NCBI GenBank assembly: GCA_016933535.1
Contig: JAFGAS010000086.1
Location: forward strand, 74,392 to 138,391
Source: Candidatus Zymogenaceae bacterium
GTDB lineage: Bacteria; Desulfobacterota; Zymogenia; Zymogenales; Zymogenaceae
DNA: 64,000 nucleotides
Direction: 5' to 3'
Shown here: positions 32,447 through 41,607 of the stretch, one piece after another
Layout of the letters: every line of letters starts with the position of its first letter
How positions within the stretch are numbered: position 1 is the stretch's first letter
Notes under the pieces: generated by a model
The model's database searches: none
The model's input: the letters and a program-made list of their open reading frames with translations, nothing else
What the model was told of the DNA's origin: nothing
Program-made: the position numbers and the translations under genes

Positions 32447-33664
32447 TCAGGCCCCCTTCGGAACCTCCCATATCCCCGCGATCGGGTACCCGCAGAAGGC
32501 GCATTTTCCCTTCTTGATCTTCACCTCTCCCACGAAGTAGCCCATCCGAAAGATAAGCATCCTGCCGCACTTCGGACAGTAGGTGGACTCGTACTTATGG
32601 CCCGGGACATTGCCGATATAGACGTATTCAAGGCCGACCCTCTTTGCCGCAGCAAAGGCCGCCTCCAGCGTCTCCACCGGCGTGTTCGGGAGGTTGGTGA
32701 GCCGATACATCGGGGTAAACCGTGAGAAATGGAGCGGTGTTTCTTTGCCGACCGCATCCCTGATCCATTCGCACATCTTGGTAATCGTTGCGATGTCGTC
32801 GTTTCTCGTGGGAACGACGAGGTTGGTGATCTCTACGTGAACCCCCGCCTTTTTGTACCCTTTGATGGAATCGAGCACGGGGGCAAGCCTCCCCTCGGTC
32901 ATAGACGAATAGTAGCCTTCGGTGAACCCCTTGAGGTCTATGTTGGCCGCCGTCAGGTACCTTGCGAGCTCCTTTCTGGGCCCGGGATTGATAAAGCCGT
33001 TTGAGTGCATGACGTTGATGAGCCCGGCCTTCTTGACGGCCCTGGCGCAGTCCAGCATATATTCGAAAAAGATCGTCGGCTCCACGTAGGTATAGGCGAC
33101 ACTGGCCGACCGGTAGGCTTTCGCCTCGTTGACGAGGGCCGCAGGCCACAGGCGGTAGTTGGCGGTGTTTTCCGGCCGGGCCTGGGAGATGTCGTAGTTC
33201 TGGCAGAACTTGCAGGTGAGGTTGCAGCCGGCGGTGGCGATGGAATATGAGGTAGTCCCCGGAAGGACGTGGAAAAACGGTTTCTTTTCGATCGGGTCGA
33301 CGTGGACGGCACAGGGATTGCCCCACACGAGGCTGTAGTATTTCCCCTTTCGGTTTTCCCTGACCTCGCAGTAGCCCCGCCTCCCGTCGCCCACCACGCA
33401 CCCCCGGGGGCACAGCAGGCACTTTACCATGCCGCCGGAAAGCGGCGTGTAGAACGGCGACTCCTTCGGCACCATGTATCCCAGCTCGGGATACCCGATC
33501 TTTAGCTCTTCCCCGGTAGTCGTGATCGGCTCGGCACAGGCAGACAGGGGCAGCCCCGCTGCGCAGAGGCCCAGCGCCCCCAGCGACACCCCGGCCAGGA
33601 AGTCCCTCCGGGATAGGGCCTCCCGGACGCCCTGTTGTCCCGCGTCCTTTCCCTTTCCACCCAC
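32447..33664 (-). CDS. amrS: AmmeMemoRadiSam system radical SAM enzyme with Tat signal
   Basis: CLLCPRGC..C, DPIEKKPFFH, GCNLTCKFCQN (CxxxCxxC), TYVEP, NIDLKGF, PLHFSRF, YVYIGNVPG, CPKC..CAFC; N-terminal SRRDFL; GTG start with GGAGG SD. Confidence 0.92.
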   Translation of the reverse strand: MGGKGKDAGQQGVREALSRRDFLAGVSLGALGLCAAGLPLSACAEPITTTGEELKIGYPELGYMVPKESPFYTPLSGGMVKCLLCPRGCVVGDGRRGYCEVRENRKGKYYSLVWGNPCAVHVDPIEKKPFFHVLPGTTSYSIATAGCNLTCKFCQNYDISQARPENTANYRLWPAALVNEAKAYRSASVAYTYVEPTIFFEYMLDCARAVKKAGLINVMHSNGFINPGPRKELARYLTAANIDLKGFTEGYYSSMTEGRLAPVLDSIKGYKKAGVHVEITNLVVPTRNDDIATITKMCEWIRDAVGKETPLHFSRFTPMYRLTNLPNTPVETLEAAFAAAKRVGLEYVYIGNVPGHKYESTYCPKCGRMLIFRMGYFVGEVKIKKGKCAFCGYPIAGIWEVPKGA

Positions 33665-33668
33665 GGCA

Positions 33669-35183
33669 CTATTCCTCCGAGAATACGTCGGCGGTAAACA
33701 CGGAGAGCCGGGCGTCTTCCTTTTTCCAGTCGCCCGGCATCAGTCCGGCCTTGTAGCAGATTTTTTCGAGATACTCGTCCAGGTCCCATCCCTGCTCTAC
33801 CGGCACCTGGGGAAGGAAGAGGCCCGACCGGCCTCCCCTGCGGATCACCAGGCCATGTTTCCCGATGACGATCTCATCGACGCTCTTGATCGGTTTGAGT
33901 TCCGAGAGCACCGATATCTCGATATCTATCTCCTTGAGCTCTTCCTTCGTCACCGGGTCGAGATAGAATCGAAGGTCGTAGACGGCCCCGAGGGCGGCCA
34001 GCGATATCGTTTCAAACAGGGGATAGACCGGCTCGATATAGCCTACGCAGCCCCGGAGCTCCCCCCCGTTGGTGAGGGTAACGAAGGCGGCACCGGGCCT
34101 TGAAAGGGCGGCCGAATTATTCGTAAAGTCAGGGATGTCTTTTCCCGACAGCTCGCACTCGATGGTTTTTCTCGCGATAGCGAGGAGCTTTTTCTTGTCG
34201 GCTGCCGTCAATCTCGTCCCGGGATCGTCCCCCATTCCCGCCGGCGGCCCTCCCCTCCCGTATACCACCGCCGAGATATATCCGACGACGGCCCCGGTTG
34301 TCCCGGTCTCAGTCCCGCTGTCGTCATACTTTGTCACCACGACCCTCGTCGAACCGAGGGCCCTTGCCGCCATAAGCGCCGTCACCACCGGTCCCCCCCC
34401 GCACGCCTCGGTCTTGCGGGTAATAAGGGCGTCGTAAAGCCCCTCGGGATCGTTCTTTTCAAGGAAGTTTCTGAAGACACCGTCGAGTTCCCGGCCTTCT
34501 TTGCGCGAGTGATAGTGCGACAGATCCGAGGAGGCGACGATCAGCACCTTTTTTCCGCCCACCGATTCCGAGATCGCCCGGGCCAGCTCCTCACACGAGG
34601 CCATGCTGACGCTGCCCATAACGACGGGAACGATCGCAAAATCACCGAGGACGACCTGGAGAAAGGGGATTTCTACCTCAACGGAGTGCTCAGGCAGATG
34701 GGGGAGCGGGTTTTTCGTGATATGCTCGCCGCTTTTTACGATCGAGTCGATCATATCGGCGTCGAGTATGACGTCGCCCAGCGGGGTACGGTACGGACCG
34801 TCTGCGTAGAGGGCCGCACCGTCGAATGAATAGTGATGGCTCGGCCCGATAATGATGACGGTGTCATAGGCCGTCCCGGCCAGCGCCTTGAATCCGGCGG
34901 CCGCCGTCTTGCCGGAATAGATATACCCGGCATGGGGAGCTATGACCGCGATCGACCGGCCCCCAACCGTTACGGCCGGCGCCTCGGCGAGGAATTGTTC
35001 GATCATCGCCCGCAAATCATTCGCATCGTCGGGATAAAAAGCCCCGGCCACTGCCGGAGGCCGGACCTTGGACTTATTGTCTGGTATATCCTGTGCGCAT
35101 GCAGATACAGCAAGGAAAATCAAGGTATAGTAAAATGCTAGGAAAAAGATTAGAATGCGTCCCCTGCAATAGGTTTCCTTCAT
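33669..35183 (-). CDS. amrB: AmmeMemoRadiSam protein B (Memo)-protein A (AMMECR1) fusion with signal peptide
   Basis: Memo motifs: RPPAVAGAFYP, APHAGYIYSG, GPSHH, EHSVEV, SSDLSHY, ACGGGP, VVGY. AMMECR1 motifs: AFVTL..LRGCVG, EISVLS, GLFLPQV, KAG. Start ATG 35183 with GAGGA SD. Confidence 0.92.
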   Translation of the reverse strand: MKETYCRGRILIFFLAFYYTLIFLAVSACAQDIPDNKSKVRPPAVAGAFYPDDANDLRAMIEQFLAEAPAVTVGGRSIAVIAPHAGYIYSGKTAAAGFKALAGTAYDTVIIIGPSHHYSFDGAALYADGPYRTPLGDVILDADMIDSIVKSGEHITKNPLPHLPEHSVEVEIPFLQVVLGDFAIVPVVMGSVSMASCEELARAISESVGGKKVLIVASSDLSHYHSRKEGRELDGVFRNFLEKNDPEGLYDALITRKTEACGGGPVVTALMAARALGSTRVVVTKYDDSGTETGTTGAVVGYISAVVYGRGGPPAGMGDDPGTRLTAADKKKLLAIARKTIECELSGKDIPDFTNNSAALSRPGAAFVTLTNGGELRGCVGYIEPVYPLFETISLAALGAVYDLRFYLDPVTKEELKEIDIEISVLSELKPIKSVDEIVIGKHGLVIRRGGRSGLFLPQVPVEQGWDLDEYLEKICYKAGLMPGDWKKEDARLSVFTADVFSEE

Positions 35184-35191
35184 TCTTTTCC

Positions 35192-35773
35192 TCAAATTAT
35201 TATACTATCTATACAACTCCTAAGCTCAGGACAAATAGTAGATAAAATACTGTAAAAGAGCTTTAAGGAACTTACTACAATAATAATCCACCATATAGGA
35301 CGTAAATACTTAAATATATTATCGTTAAATATAGTCGATATCGTATTTCCAGATCCTTTACTTTTTACCATTTTTCTGAATTCTGTATAGTATCTCTTCT
35401 CACATGGTAATCCGTTTTCTTCCCTTCTAATATTCTCTGCAAAAAAAGCAAGTCCTTCGCTTCGTTCACTAAAGATCACTTCCATAGAATTCATTATTTT
35501 ATTGTTACTACAGTATATAATTACTATTATTAAGTAGTAAATAACAAATTCTATCCACTCCTTAATCCCTGTCGTTTTATTTTCAAGTAAACTCGTGAAT
35601 AGTAGAATAGCTATTGCTACGAATATAGACTCTAAGGTAATAAAAATCCCTCGATATGACTGCAAAACGGAGTCATGCCAAAATACAGCCTGGTATAGAT
35701 GATTCAGATAATCCTGTTTATCTTCATTATTTTTGCCGTTTTTATCATTGGGCATTCCCTTATTATTTTTCAT
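35192..35773 (-). CDS. AT-rich hypothetical membrane protein (about 3 TM)
   Basis: 193-codon ORF in strongly AT-rich DNA; three hydrophobic segments. Confidence 0.7.
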   Translation of the reverse strand: MKNNKGMPNDKNGKNNEDKQDYLNHLYQAVFWHDSVLQSYRGIFITLESIFVAIAILLFTSLLENKTTGIKEWIEFVIYYLIIVIIYCSNNKIMNSMEVIFSERSEGLAFFAENIRREENGLPCEKRYYTEFRKMVKSKGSGNTISTIFNDNIFKYLRPIWWIIIVVSSLKLFYSILSTICPELRSCIDSIII

Positions 35774-35832
35774 GAACTATCTCGTCCCACCATATTTGCT
35801 ACTCTCAATTACTTTTGTAATCAGTATTACTT

Positions 35833-36051
35833 TTAATGACAACTGCCGCAATTTTTCGACGTACAGCCTCCGCAGCTGCCCCCCGATGACGATGAGACGA
35901 ACTTATCGCCGCTCTTGACGCCGCAGACCGACATCATCTTGTTTACCTGCGTGGAGGCACACTTCGGGCAGGAAACCTCGGCGGCGCGAGACATTACCAG
36001 TTCCTCAAATTCATTTCCACAGCCGCCGCATACGAATTCAAAAATCGGCAT
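35833..36051 (-). CDS. FmdB family zinc-ribbon protein
   Basis: MPIFEFVCGGCG..FEEL..CPKC; C-terminal CGGC...CGSC. Confidence 0.88.
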   Translation of the reverse strand: MPIFEFVCGGCGNEFEELVMSRAAEVSCPKCASTQVNKMMSVCGVKSGDKFVSSSSGGSCGGCTSKNCGSCH

Positions 36052-36054
36052 ATG

Positions 36055-36642
36055 CTATCTCCTGACCCAGGAGCCGTCGCCCCGCTGAATCCACCAGCCG
36101 GGGCCCGCCTGATTCTGCCAGCTGTCGGCAAAGAGCCTCTCGATCTGGGCAATCGTATCGGCCCCCAGGCCGTTGGCCGATGCGATCTCCTGGTAAAGAC
36201 GTCTGCGGTCGCCGTTGTCCGCGTCTACCAGACCGCGCATCATTCCGATTGCACCGACGTCCAGTCCGCCCTGGTTCCTGACCTCCAGGTATCCCCGATT
36301 GGTTATCCCGACGTTGCCGCCGTTATAATAGGGCATGAGTTGCGGGAACCGGCCCTCCATGGAGGAACGAATCGCCCGGATGGGCGGCGTGGATATATTG
36401 ATGTCGACTTGCGCCCAGGCGGTGTCCACAAACAATCCGGCCAGCGTAAACGGAACGGCCAGGTGTCCCTCGGGTTTGGTATCCGTGGCCGGCTCCGTTC
36501 CCTTCTTGTAGACGTCGTCGACGATTTCATCGGCCGCCTTTCGCACCGCTTCGGCCGGGAAATATATATTAACCGTAACGCATGCCCCGATAAGCAGCAT
36601 TATCGTCAAAAGTACGGGAACTACTTTTCTCATCATGGCCAA
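36055..36642 (-). CDS. YdbL/DUF1318 family lipoprotein (YnbE-like N-terminus)
   Basis: Lipobox IGAC-VTVNIYFP; GNVGITNRGYL, ADNGDRRRLYQEIA, GWWIQRGDGSW. Confidence 0.8.
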   Translation of the reverse strand: MAMMRKVVPVLLTIMLLIGACVTVNIYFPAEAVRKAADEIVDDVYKKGTEPATDTKPEGHLAVPFTLAGLFVDTAWAQVDINISTPPIRAIRSSMEGRFPQLMPYYNGGNVGITNRGYLEVRNQGGLDVGAIGMMRGLVDADNGDRRRLYQEIASANGLGADTIAQIERLFADSWQNQAGPGWWIQRGDGSWVRR

Positions 36643-36681
36643 CTCCTCCTCTGTGGCTCCTATTCGCCGCCTTGTCGGCGC

Positions 36682-39315
36682 CTACTTCGTTTCAATCTTG
36701 ATATTATTGGTGTTTTTCACGTTGATCCGTTCAAGCCGCCGCATCATGTCGTTAAACCGTATGCGGTTATTGGGGTTCTGATTGATCACGTTGATGCCGG
36801 TAATTCCGCTGCGCTTGATGAAATATTCCGTATCCCCCTCGTGAATGGTCCCCCTGAGCGTAAAATAGTCGTCCTTGAGCTCGAGGTGAATACCGATCTG
36901 CGAATAATTATAGTCATGGACGAACCGGTTAAGGCCGCTCTTGAGTACGCCCGAAAAGAGGTTCGATCCCGATCCGAGGATAGTGAGCTTATCGACAAAC
37001 TCGACGCTGACTCGTTTTTCTTGTCCCCGTTTATCGACCGTCCGGACATCGAAGACGAATCGTTCCGCCCCCCCGTAGGAGAATATCAGGTCGGAAATCC
37101 GTCCCTGGGCAATCCCGGTGACCCTGCCCACGTCGATCGTTTGGGTCAAGGCGCCCAAATCGAGGCCCGTAAATGCAACGTCACACCCGAGCCTCCTGCC
37201 GGCATCATAGATGTTCTGACCCCAGATATTTTCGATGTTTACCTCACCTTTGAATATTTTAGCAGTAAGGTTGCCCGAAGTAAACAGCTTTTTTTCCTCA
37301 ATCCTGACCTCGGAGATATCCCCGGACAGCTCTCCCTTAAGATCGAGCGCCTTCTCCTTCGTAAAGATCCCGGCAATATCGATTCCATCAACGTGTAAGG
37401 ACAGGCTTATTGTCCTGTTTTCATTGAAGATATCGCCCGCCTTAAATCCCCCGACCGTTACCGTACCGCCGGATGCCGAAAGCACCACGTCTTGCCCGAA
37501 CGTGACGGCGTTTCCCGCCAGGGCTGGAGATACGGTTATGCCCCCGATCTCGACTCCGCCTACGACGGCGCGTGAAAAGGCGATCTTCCCGAAATCTCCG
37601 GGCACAAAACGGTGGCCGGTACCGCTTTTCGGGCCGCCGGAAAGGTCAAGCGAAAAGGGCATGGACACCGATATCCCCTCGATCCTCGTGTCTATATCCG
37701 GGAAATCGAGAGACGAGCCGGCCACGGTTATATGACCGGAGACCCGCGGCGCGGACAGATTTCCCTTTATCGTACCCCTGCAATCCATCAAACCGGCTAT
37801 GGTGCCCCCGTAGATCCACGCGACGCGGTTGTTGAAGTAATTCCGAAAGAAGATATCAAAGACACTGCCCATGTCTACGGCCTTTAGACGATACGAAAGG
37901 TCTCCACTCGTATCGGTCGTGTCGAAATCGACATCTCCCGAAACCCCCGCCGTAAGGACCGAGGGGACTAAAATCTCACACGCGAGGCCCTTCACGTCCC
38001 CATCGTCGTTAATCCTACCTGAGGCCCCCATTGAGATACGCTCATTTTTAAAATCTATAAAGAAGCCCCAAAGCAGGAGGCCGAAATCATGCGCGTCCAG
38101 ACTCCCGTCAAACAATAATCCCCTCTTTATATCGTCCCTGAATTGAATCCGCGCGGTTGCCGAGATCCCCTCCCCAATGAAAACGGCGTCGGGGGACGAA
38201 AATCCGGCATTTATCAGATCGACCTCCAGGTTGCCCGCGATGCTTCCGTCGTCGGTATCGACCGTTCCCATCGTCAGGATACCATGCGACCGACCCTTTA
38301 TCTCCCACCCCGCGAGAAAATCGGGCAGGTGGTCCCCGAGGCGCTTGAGGTTTTCGGTTGACAGCCTCAGGGATTCCGAGCCTGACGTCATCTTCCACCT
38401 CCCATTCTCCTCGACTGCCAGGTCAAGGGACACGTCTCCGAAAACGGGAACCGAGAGCACCACGTCACTCAACATGAGTGTTCCGCGGCTCTCATTTTTC
38501 ATCGAGCCGGTGGCGCTGACGTTATCGAGCCCTATTCCGCCCCCATCCTCGGTTATGGAAAGGCCGCTGATCGCGGCGTCCGTCGCCTCAACGGAGTCGG
38601 GGTCCAGCCGGATGCGCGCGTCGAGCTGTTCTCCCGAAAAGAGGTACTCTCCGATTCGATAGCCCGATCCTTCCGTCGTGATGTCGCCCCGTGCCGAAAT
38701 GTCCGGATAGGTACCGGAGATATGCATCAGCGCGCTAAACGGCCCGCCAAGTATTACTCCGTCCTCCATCCCCTCCGTCCTTGCCGAACCCGCGATCGTG
38801 AGGGTTGCCCCAACGATACCGCGCTCGTAGCTCATGTCCACGTCCAGGAACGCGTACAGCCGTGCACCGTCGATCACGACAAATTCGCCGTCAACAACGA
38901 CGATATCCATTTCCATGATTCTTCGGACGATCTGCTGTCCGTTTTCACCCCCCCCGGGTGAGATATCCAGGGATACCGAGGGGGCGTGAACCGTGACCTT
39001 CTTTATTGCAAGGGGAGGGTTGATACCGAGGCCCAACTCGAGGGTGGCCGCACCGGATGAGAAGACGGTCGAGCCGATGACCAGATACATCGCCTCTACA
39101 GTGATCCGGCCGGGAGACACCATGTGTATTCCCGTCAATGACACCCGGTAGCCGACGGTTCGTTCCACGACGCGTCTGACGGCATCACTGATCAGCTCGT
39201 TACCGAAATAGTAGTAGAAGACCGCGATTATCGTTACCGACGCTAAAAAAACGGTCAGACAAAAGACCCAGATTATCCGGGCGGCGCCGGTTCCTTTCTT
39301 TAACTTCTTGGACAT
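36682..39315 (-). CDS. YdbH/AsmA-like intermembrane bridge protein
   Basis: Single N-terminal TM, long beta-rich Gly-rich body, conserved-looking C-terminus (YNYSQIG..FTLRG..INVINQNP..IRFNDM); upstream of a ydbL-like gene. Confidence 0.7.
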   Translation of the reverse strand: MSKKLKKGTGAARIIWVFCLTVFLASVTIIAVFYYYFGNELISDAVRRVVERTVGYRVSLTGIHMVSPGRITVEAMYLVIGSTVFSSGAATLELGLGINPPLAIKKVTVHAPSVSLDISPGGGENGQQIVRRIMEMDIVVVDGEFVVIDGARLYAFLDVDMSYERGIVGATLTIAGSARTEGMEDGVILGGPFSALMHISGTYPDISARGDITTEGSGYRIGEYLFSGEQLDARIRLDPDSVEATDAAISGLSITEDGGGIGLDNVSATGSMKNESRGTLMLSDVVLSVPVFGDVSLDLAVEENGRWKMTSGSESLRLSTENLKRLGDHLPDFLAGWEIKGRSHGILTMGTVDTDDGSIAGNLEVDLINAGFSSPDAVFIGEGISATARIQFRDDIKRGLLFDGSLDAHDFGLLLWGFFIDFKNERISMGASGRINDDGDVKGLACEILVPSVLTAGVSGDVDFDTTDTSGDLSYRLKAVDMGSVFDIFFRNYFNNRVAWIYGGTIAGLMDCRGTIKGNLSAPRVSGHITVAGSSLDFPDIDTRIEGISVSMPFSLDLSGGPKSGTGHRFVPGDFGKIAFSRAVVGGVEIGGITVSPALAGNAVTFGQDVVLSASGGTVTVGGFKAGDIFNENRTISLSLHVDGIDIAGIFTKEKALDLKGELSGDISEVRIEEKKLFTSGNLTAKIFKGEVNIENIWGQNIYDAGRRLGCDVAFTGLDLGALTQTIDVGRVTGIAQGRISDLIFSYGGAERFVFDVRTVDKRGQEKRVSVEFVDKLTILGSGSNLFSGVLKSGLNRFVHDYNYSQIGIHLELKDDYFTLRGTIHEGDTEYFIKRSGITGINVINQNPNNRIRFNDMMRRLERINVKNTNNIKIETK

Positions 39316-39390
39316 ACTCCCTTTTTTCCCCTCTTGACAGCCCGTTATAGAACCCCAGATATCAAGAAAAGCGACCTTTGCACCGTTTCA

Positions 39391-39406
39391 TGTGACGAAA
39401 ATCACA
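39391..39406. promoter_or_regulatory. CRP/FNR-family (HcpR-like) or Rex-type operator
   Basis: Perfect TGTGA-N6-TCACA in a divergent intergenic region. Confidence 0.5.
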
Positions 39407-39487
39407 GCATAATTGGTATTTTCGGCGTATAGTTATTTCACGTGAATCATGGGAAATGTTGTAGTCAACAGCATATGGGGAAAGGCC

Positions 39488-39751
39488 ATGAAGAAGATGA
39501 TCATGATTATAGTCCTTCTCGCGCTTACCACGTCACTGCTTGGCTGTATCGGTTACGGTGTCATAACCCGAGGTGGATACGTGGTCTATCTGAAGGACGG
39601 CTCCGAATTCCATAATGTCCTGTGGTACAAAAGCAGGACCGAAGGAGTTGCCCTGTCGGAGCATCCGACCGGAACAGTCATGTTCCTGACCCAGGATTAC
39701 GGCCTCGTTGAGGTCCCGTGGGCAAACGTGGAACGAATCCAGACCGAATAA
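39488..39751 (+). CDS. Small hypothetical lipoprotein
   Basis: MKK + hydrophobic stretch + lipobox LLGC; VYLKDG...VEVPWANVERI (Sm/SH3-like beta pattern). Confidence 0.7.
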   Translation: MKKMIMIIVLLALTTSLLGCIGYGVITRGGYVVYLKDGSEFHNVLWYKSRTEGVALSEHPTGTVMFLTQDYGLVEVPWANVERIQTE

Positions 39752-39843
39752 TGGGCTTCGGTCAAATACAATTATCGCTCATACTCATCCGGAAAACCGA
39801 CGGATCTCCGGGTTTATCTGAAGCCATGCTTGCGGCGCCGCCC

Positions 39844-41601
39844 TTACGGCGGCGTCGCTGTAATAACGCCCGAGACGAATCTCTCGTCGATAGTATCTCG
39901 ATCGGTAATACGCATCATATCATTAACAAAATCCGTAACGGTCGCGTTTACAAACTTCATAGATGCGGCTTGAACCTTCTCGTCTTTGCTCTCGGGCATC
40001 CGTTGTATGAACGCCTCCACCTCCTGAATAACCCCGTCGGTAATTCCGGGGCTCTCTTTGAGCATATCGTAGAATCGGGCCAGGTCTTCCGTGGACAGTG
40101 GGGCGACCTCCCATATCCCAGAGACACACGCCCTTACGCACGCCGTCATGAACAGATGTTCAAGCCCCCAGTCATGAGTCTTGGCGTTTTTCATCAGCCA
40201 TGGCCCGATATCTTCGGGAATATCGATGATCTCGTAGATGAGGTGTACCCGGGCCGAAAGTTGGGCCATGAAGTCGGCGGATTCCTTCAGATCGGCGGTT
40301 GACCTGAAATTTCGGTAGTCCGCCCGGCCGCCGGTAAGGCCCTCATAGAAAATAGGGTTTCTTTCCAGGAGTCCGGCTACGACATTACGGGTATAATCTC
40401 CCCAGAAAACCGGATCGATGATAGTGGAAAGCTCCGTAATGAGAGCCTCGTTTTTCTTTCTCTCAGCCAGCGCCAGCGTGTAACCCAGCCGAAACAGCTG
40501 TACCAGATAGACTTCCCTGATTATTCGTTTCCCCTCGTCATGGCGCTCCCCCGCCAGATACTCGAGCCCGAGGTTGATATAGTCCCCGGCCATTTGCGCC
40601 GATGCGACCAGTTCCTCCACGTCCGATAGATCCAAACCGGAGGCCGCCACGACTTTATGCACCAGGTATGAGAGCTCCCAGAAGACCTGGGCGGTATCAT
40701 CATCGTCGGCCGCCTCGCCCATAAGGTCTTCGAAAAACCCGCCGGTTTTCTTTGGTATAAGCCAGTAGTGGGGTGGTAATTGTCCGGCCTGCCCGTCGTC
40801 AATATAAATGATCTTTGACGATATCGAGCGGATCTCCTCGACGATTTTTTCCGGGTCTTCAAAAAGGAATAGTTCTCTGCTCTCTTTGAGCTCCGGGAAT
40901 CCGATCATCGACATCCGGGAGGATCTGAGCTGGTATGCGTCCTCTTCCATTGGAGAAGGGAGTTCACCCATAATCCCCTCCATGATGACCCGGTAGTAGT
41001 CCGGCTCGTATTCGAAAAACTGCATGAGGAGATTGGATACAAGATCGAAATCTATTTCTTCATCCGTCGGTTTGAAATAGTAGAGATTATCGAAGCTGAA
41101 CCATCCGCCGTCGGAAAACTCGAGGGGGTCCTGGTCGAGATTCCTGGATGTGACCTCGATAATCGCCTTAAAAAAGAGTATCAGCAGCGGCTCGTCGAGC
41201 ATAAAGAGGCTCTTCGTAAGGACCCGCCCTCCTCCTTCCGACAGGATCTGGAGCCACTCCATGAACTTTCCGAAGTCAATCCTGTCCCGTTTCCAGATAT
41301 CCATGTCCAGGAGCTGGACGATCTTATCGGGGGCGGTCATTTCGAGTATAACGGCCGCATCCACACCCCACGACTCCTTTACCGTAAGGTATATTTCCTG
41401 GGGCGAGAGCTTCTTTAGGATTTTTACCGGATCGGGAGACGAAATAATGAGATGGGCCTTCGTCCGGATAGGCGATCTCTGGATCAGCCGGAGACGGTCT
41501 TCAAACGTGAGGGCCGTGAGTTCCCCTTCCGTAAGGCGTTCCCCCGCAAGGGTCCGGTCAAGGAGATTTCTGAGCCCATAGATCGGCATCAGGTCGTTCA
41601 T
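39844..41601 (-). CDS. DUF6178-like conserved deltaproteobacterial protein
   Basis: PQEIYLTVKESWGVDA, LDMDIWKRD, EEDAYQLRSSRM..GFP, INLGLEYL, LFRLGY pattern; recognised from memory. Confidence 0.7.
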   Translation of the reverse strand: MNDLMPIYGLRNLLDRTLAGERLTEGELTALTFEDRLRLIQRSPIRTKAHLIISSPDPVKILKKLSPQEIYLTVKESWGVDAAVILEMTAPDKIVQLLDMDIWKRDRIDFGKFMEWLQILSEGGGRVLTKSLFMLDEPLLILFFKAIIEVTSRNLDQDPLEFSDGGWFSFDNLYYFKPTDEEIDFDLVSNLLMQFFEYEPDYYRVIMEGIMGELPSPMEEDAYQLRSSRMSMIGFPELKESRELFLFEDPEKIVEEIRSISSKIIYIDDGQAGQLPPHYWLIPKKTGGFFEDLMGEAADDDDTAQVFWELSYLVHKVVAASGLDLSDVEELVASAQMAGDYINLGLEYLAGERHDEGKRIIREVYLVQLFRLGYTLALAERKKNEALITELSTIIDPVFWGDYTRNVVAGLLERNPIFYEGLTGGRADYRNFRSTADLKESADFMAQLSARVHLIYEIIDIPEDIGPWLMKNAKTHDWGLEHLFMTACVRACVSGIWEVAPLSTEDLARFYDMLKESPGITDGVIQEVEAFIQRMPESKDEKVQAASMKFVNATVTDFVNDMMRITDRDTIDERFVSGVITATPP

Positions 41602-41607
41602 TTTCCA

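Noticed and set aside
36052-37398. 448-aa plus-strand ORF
   Set aside because: Antisense shadow of the ydbL-like and ydbH-like genes.
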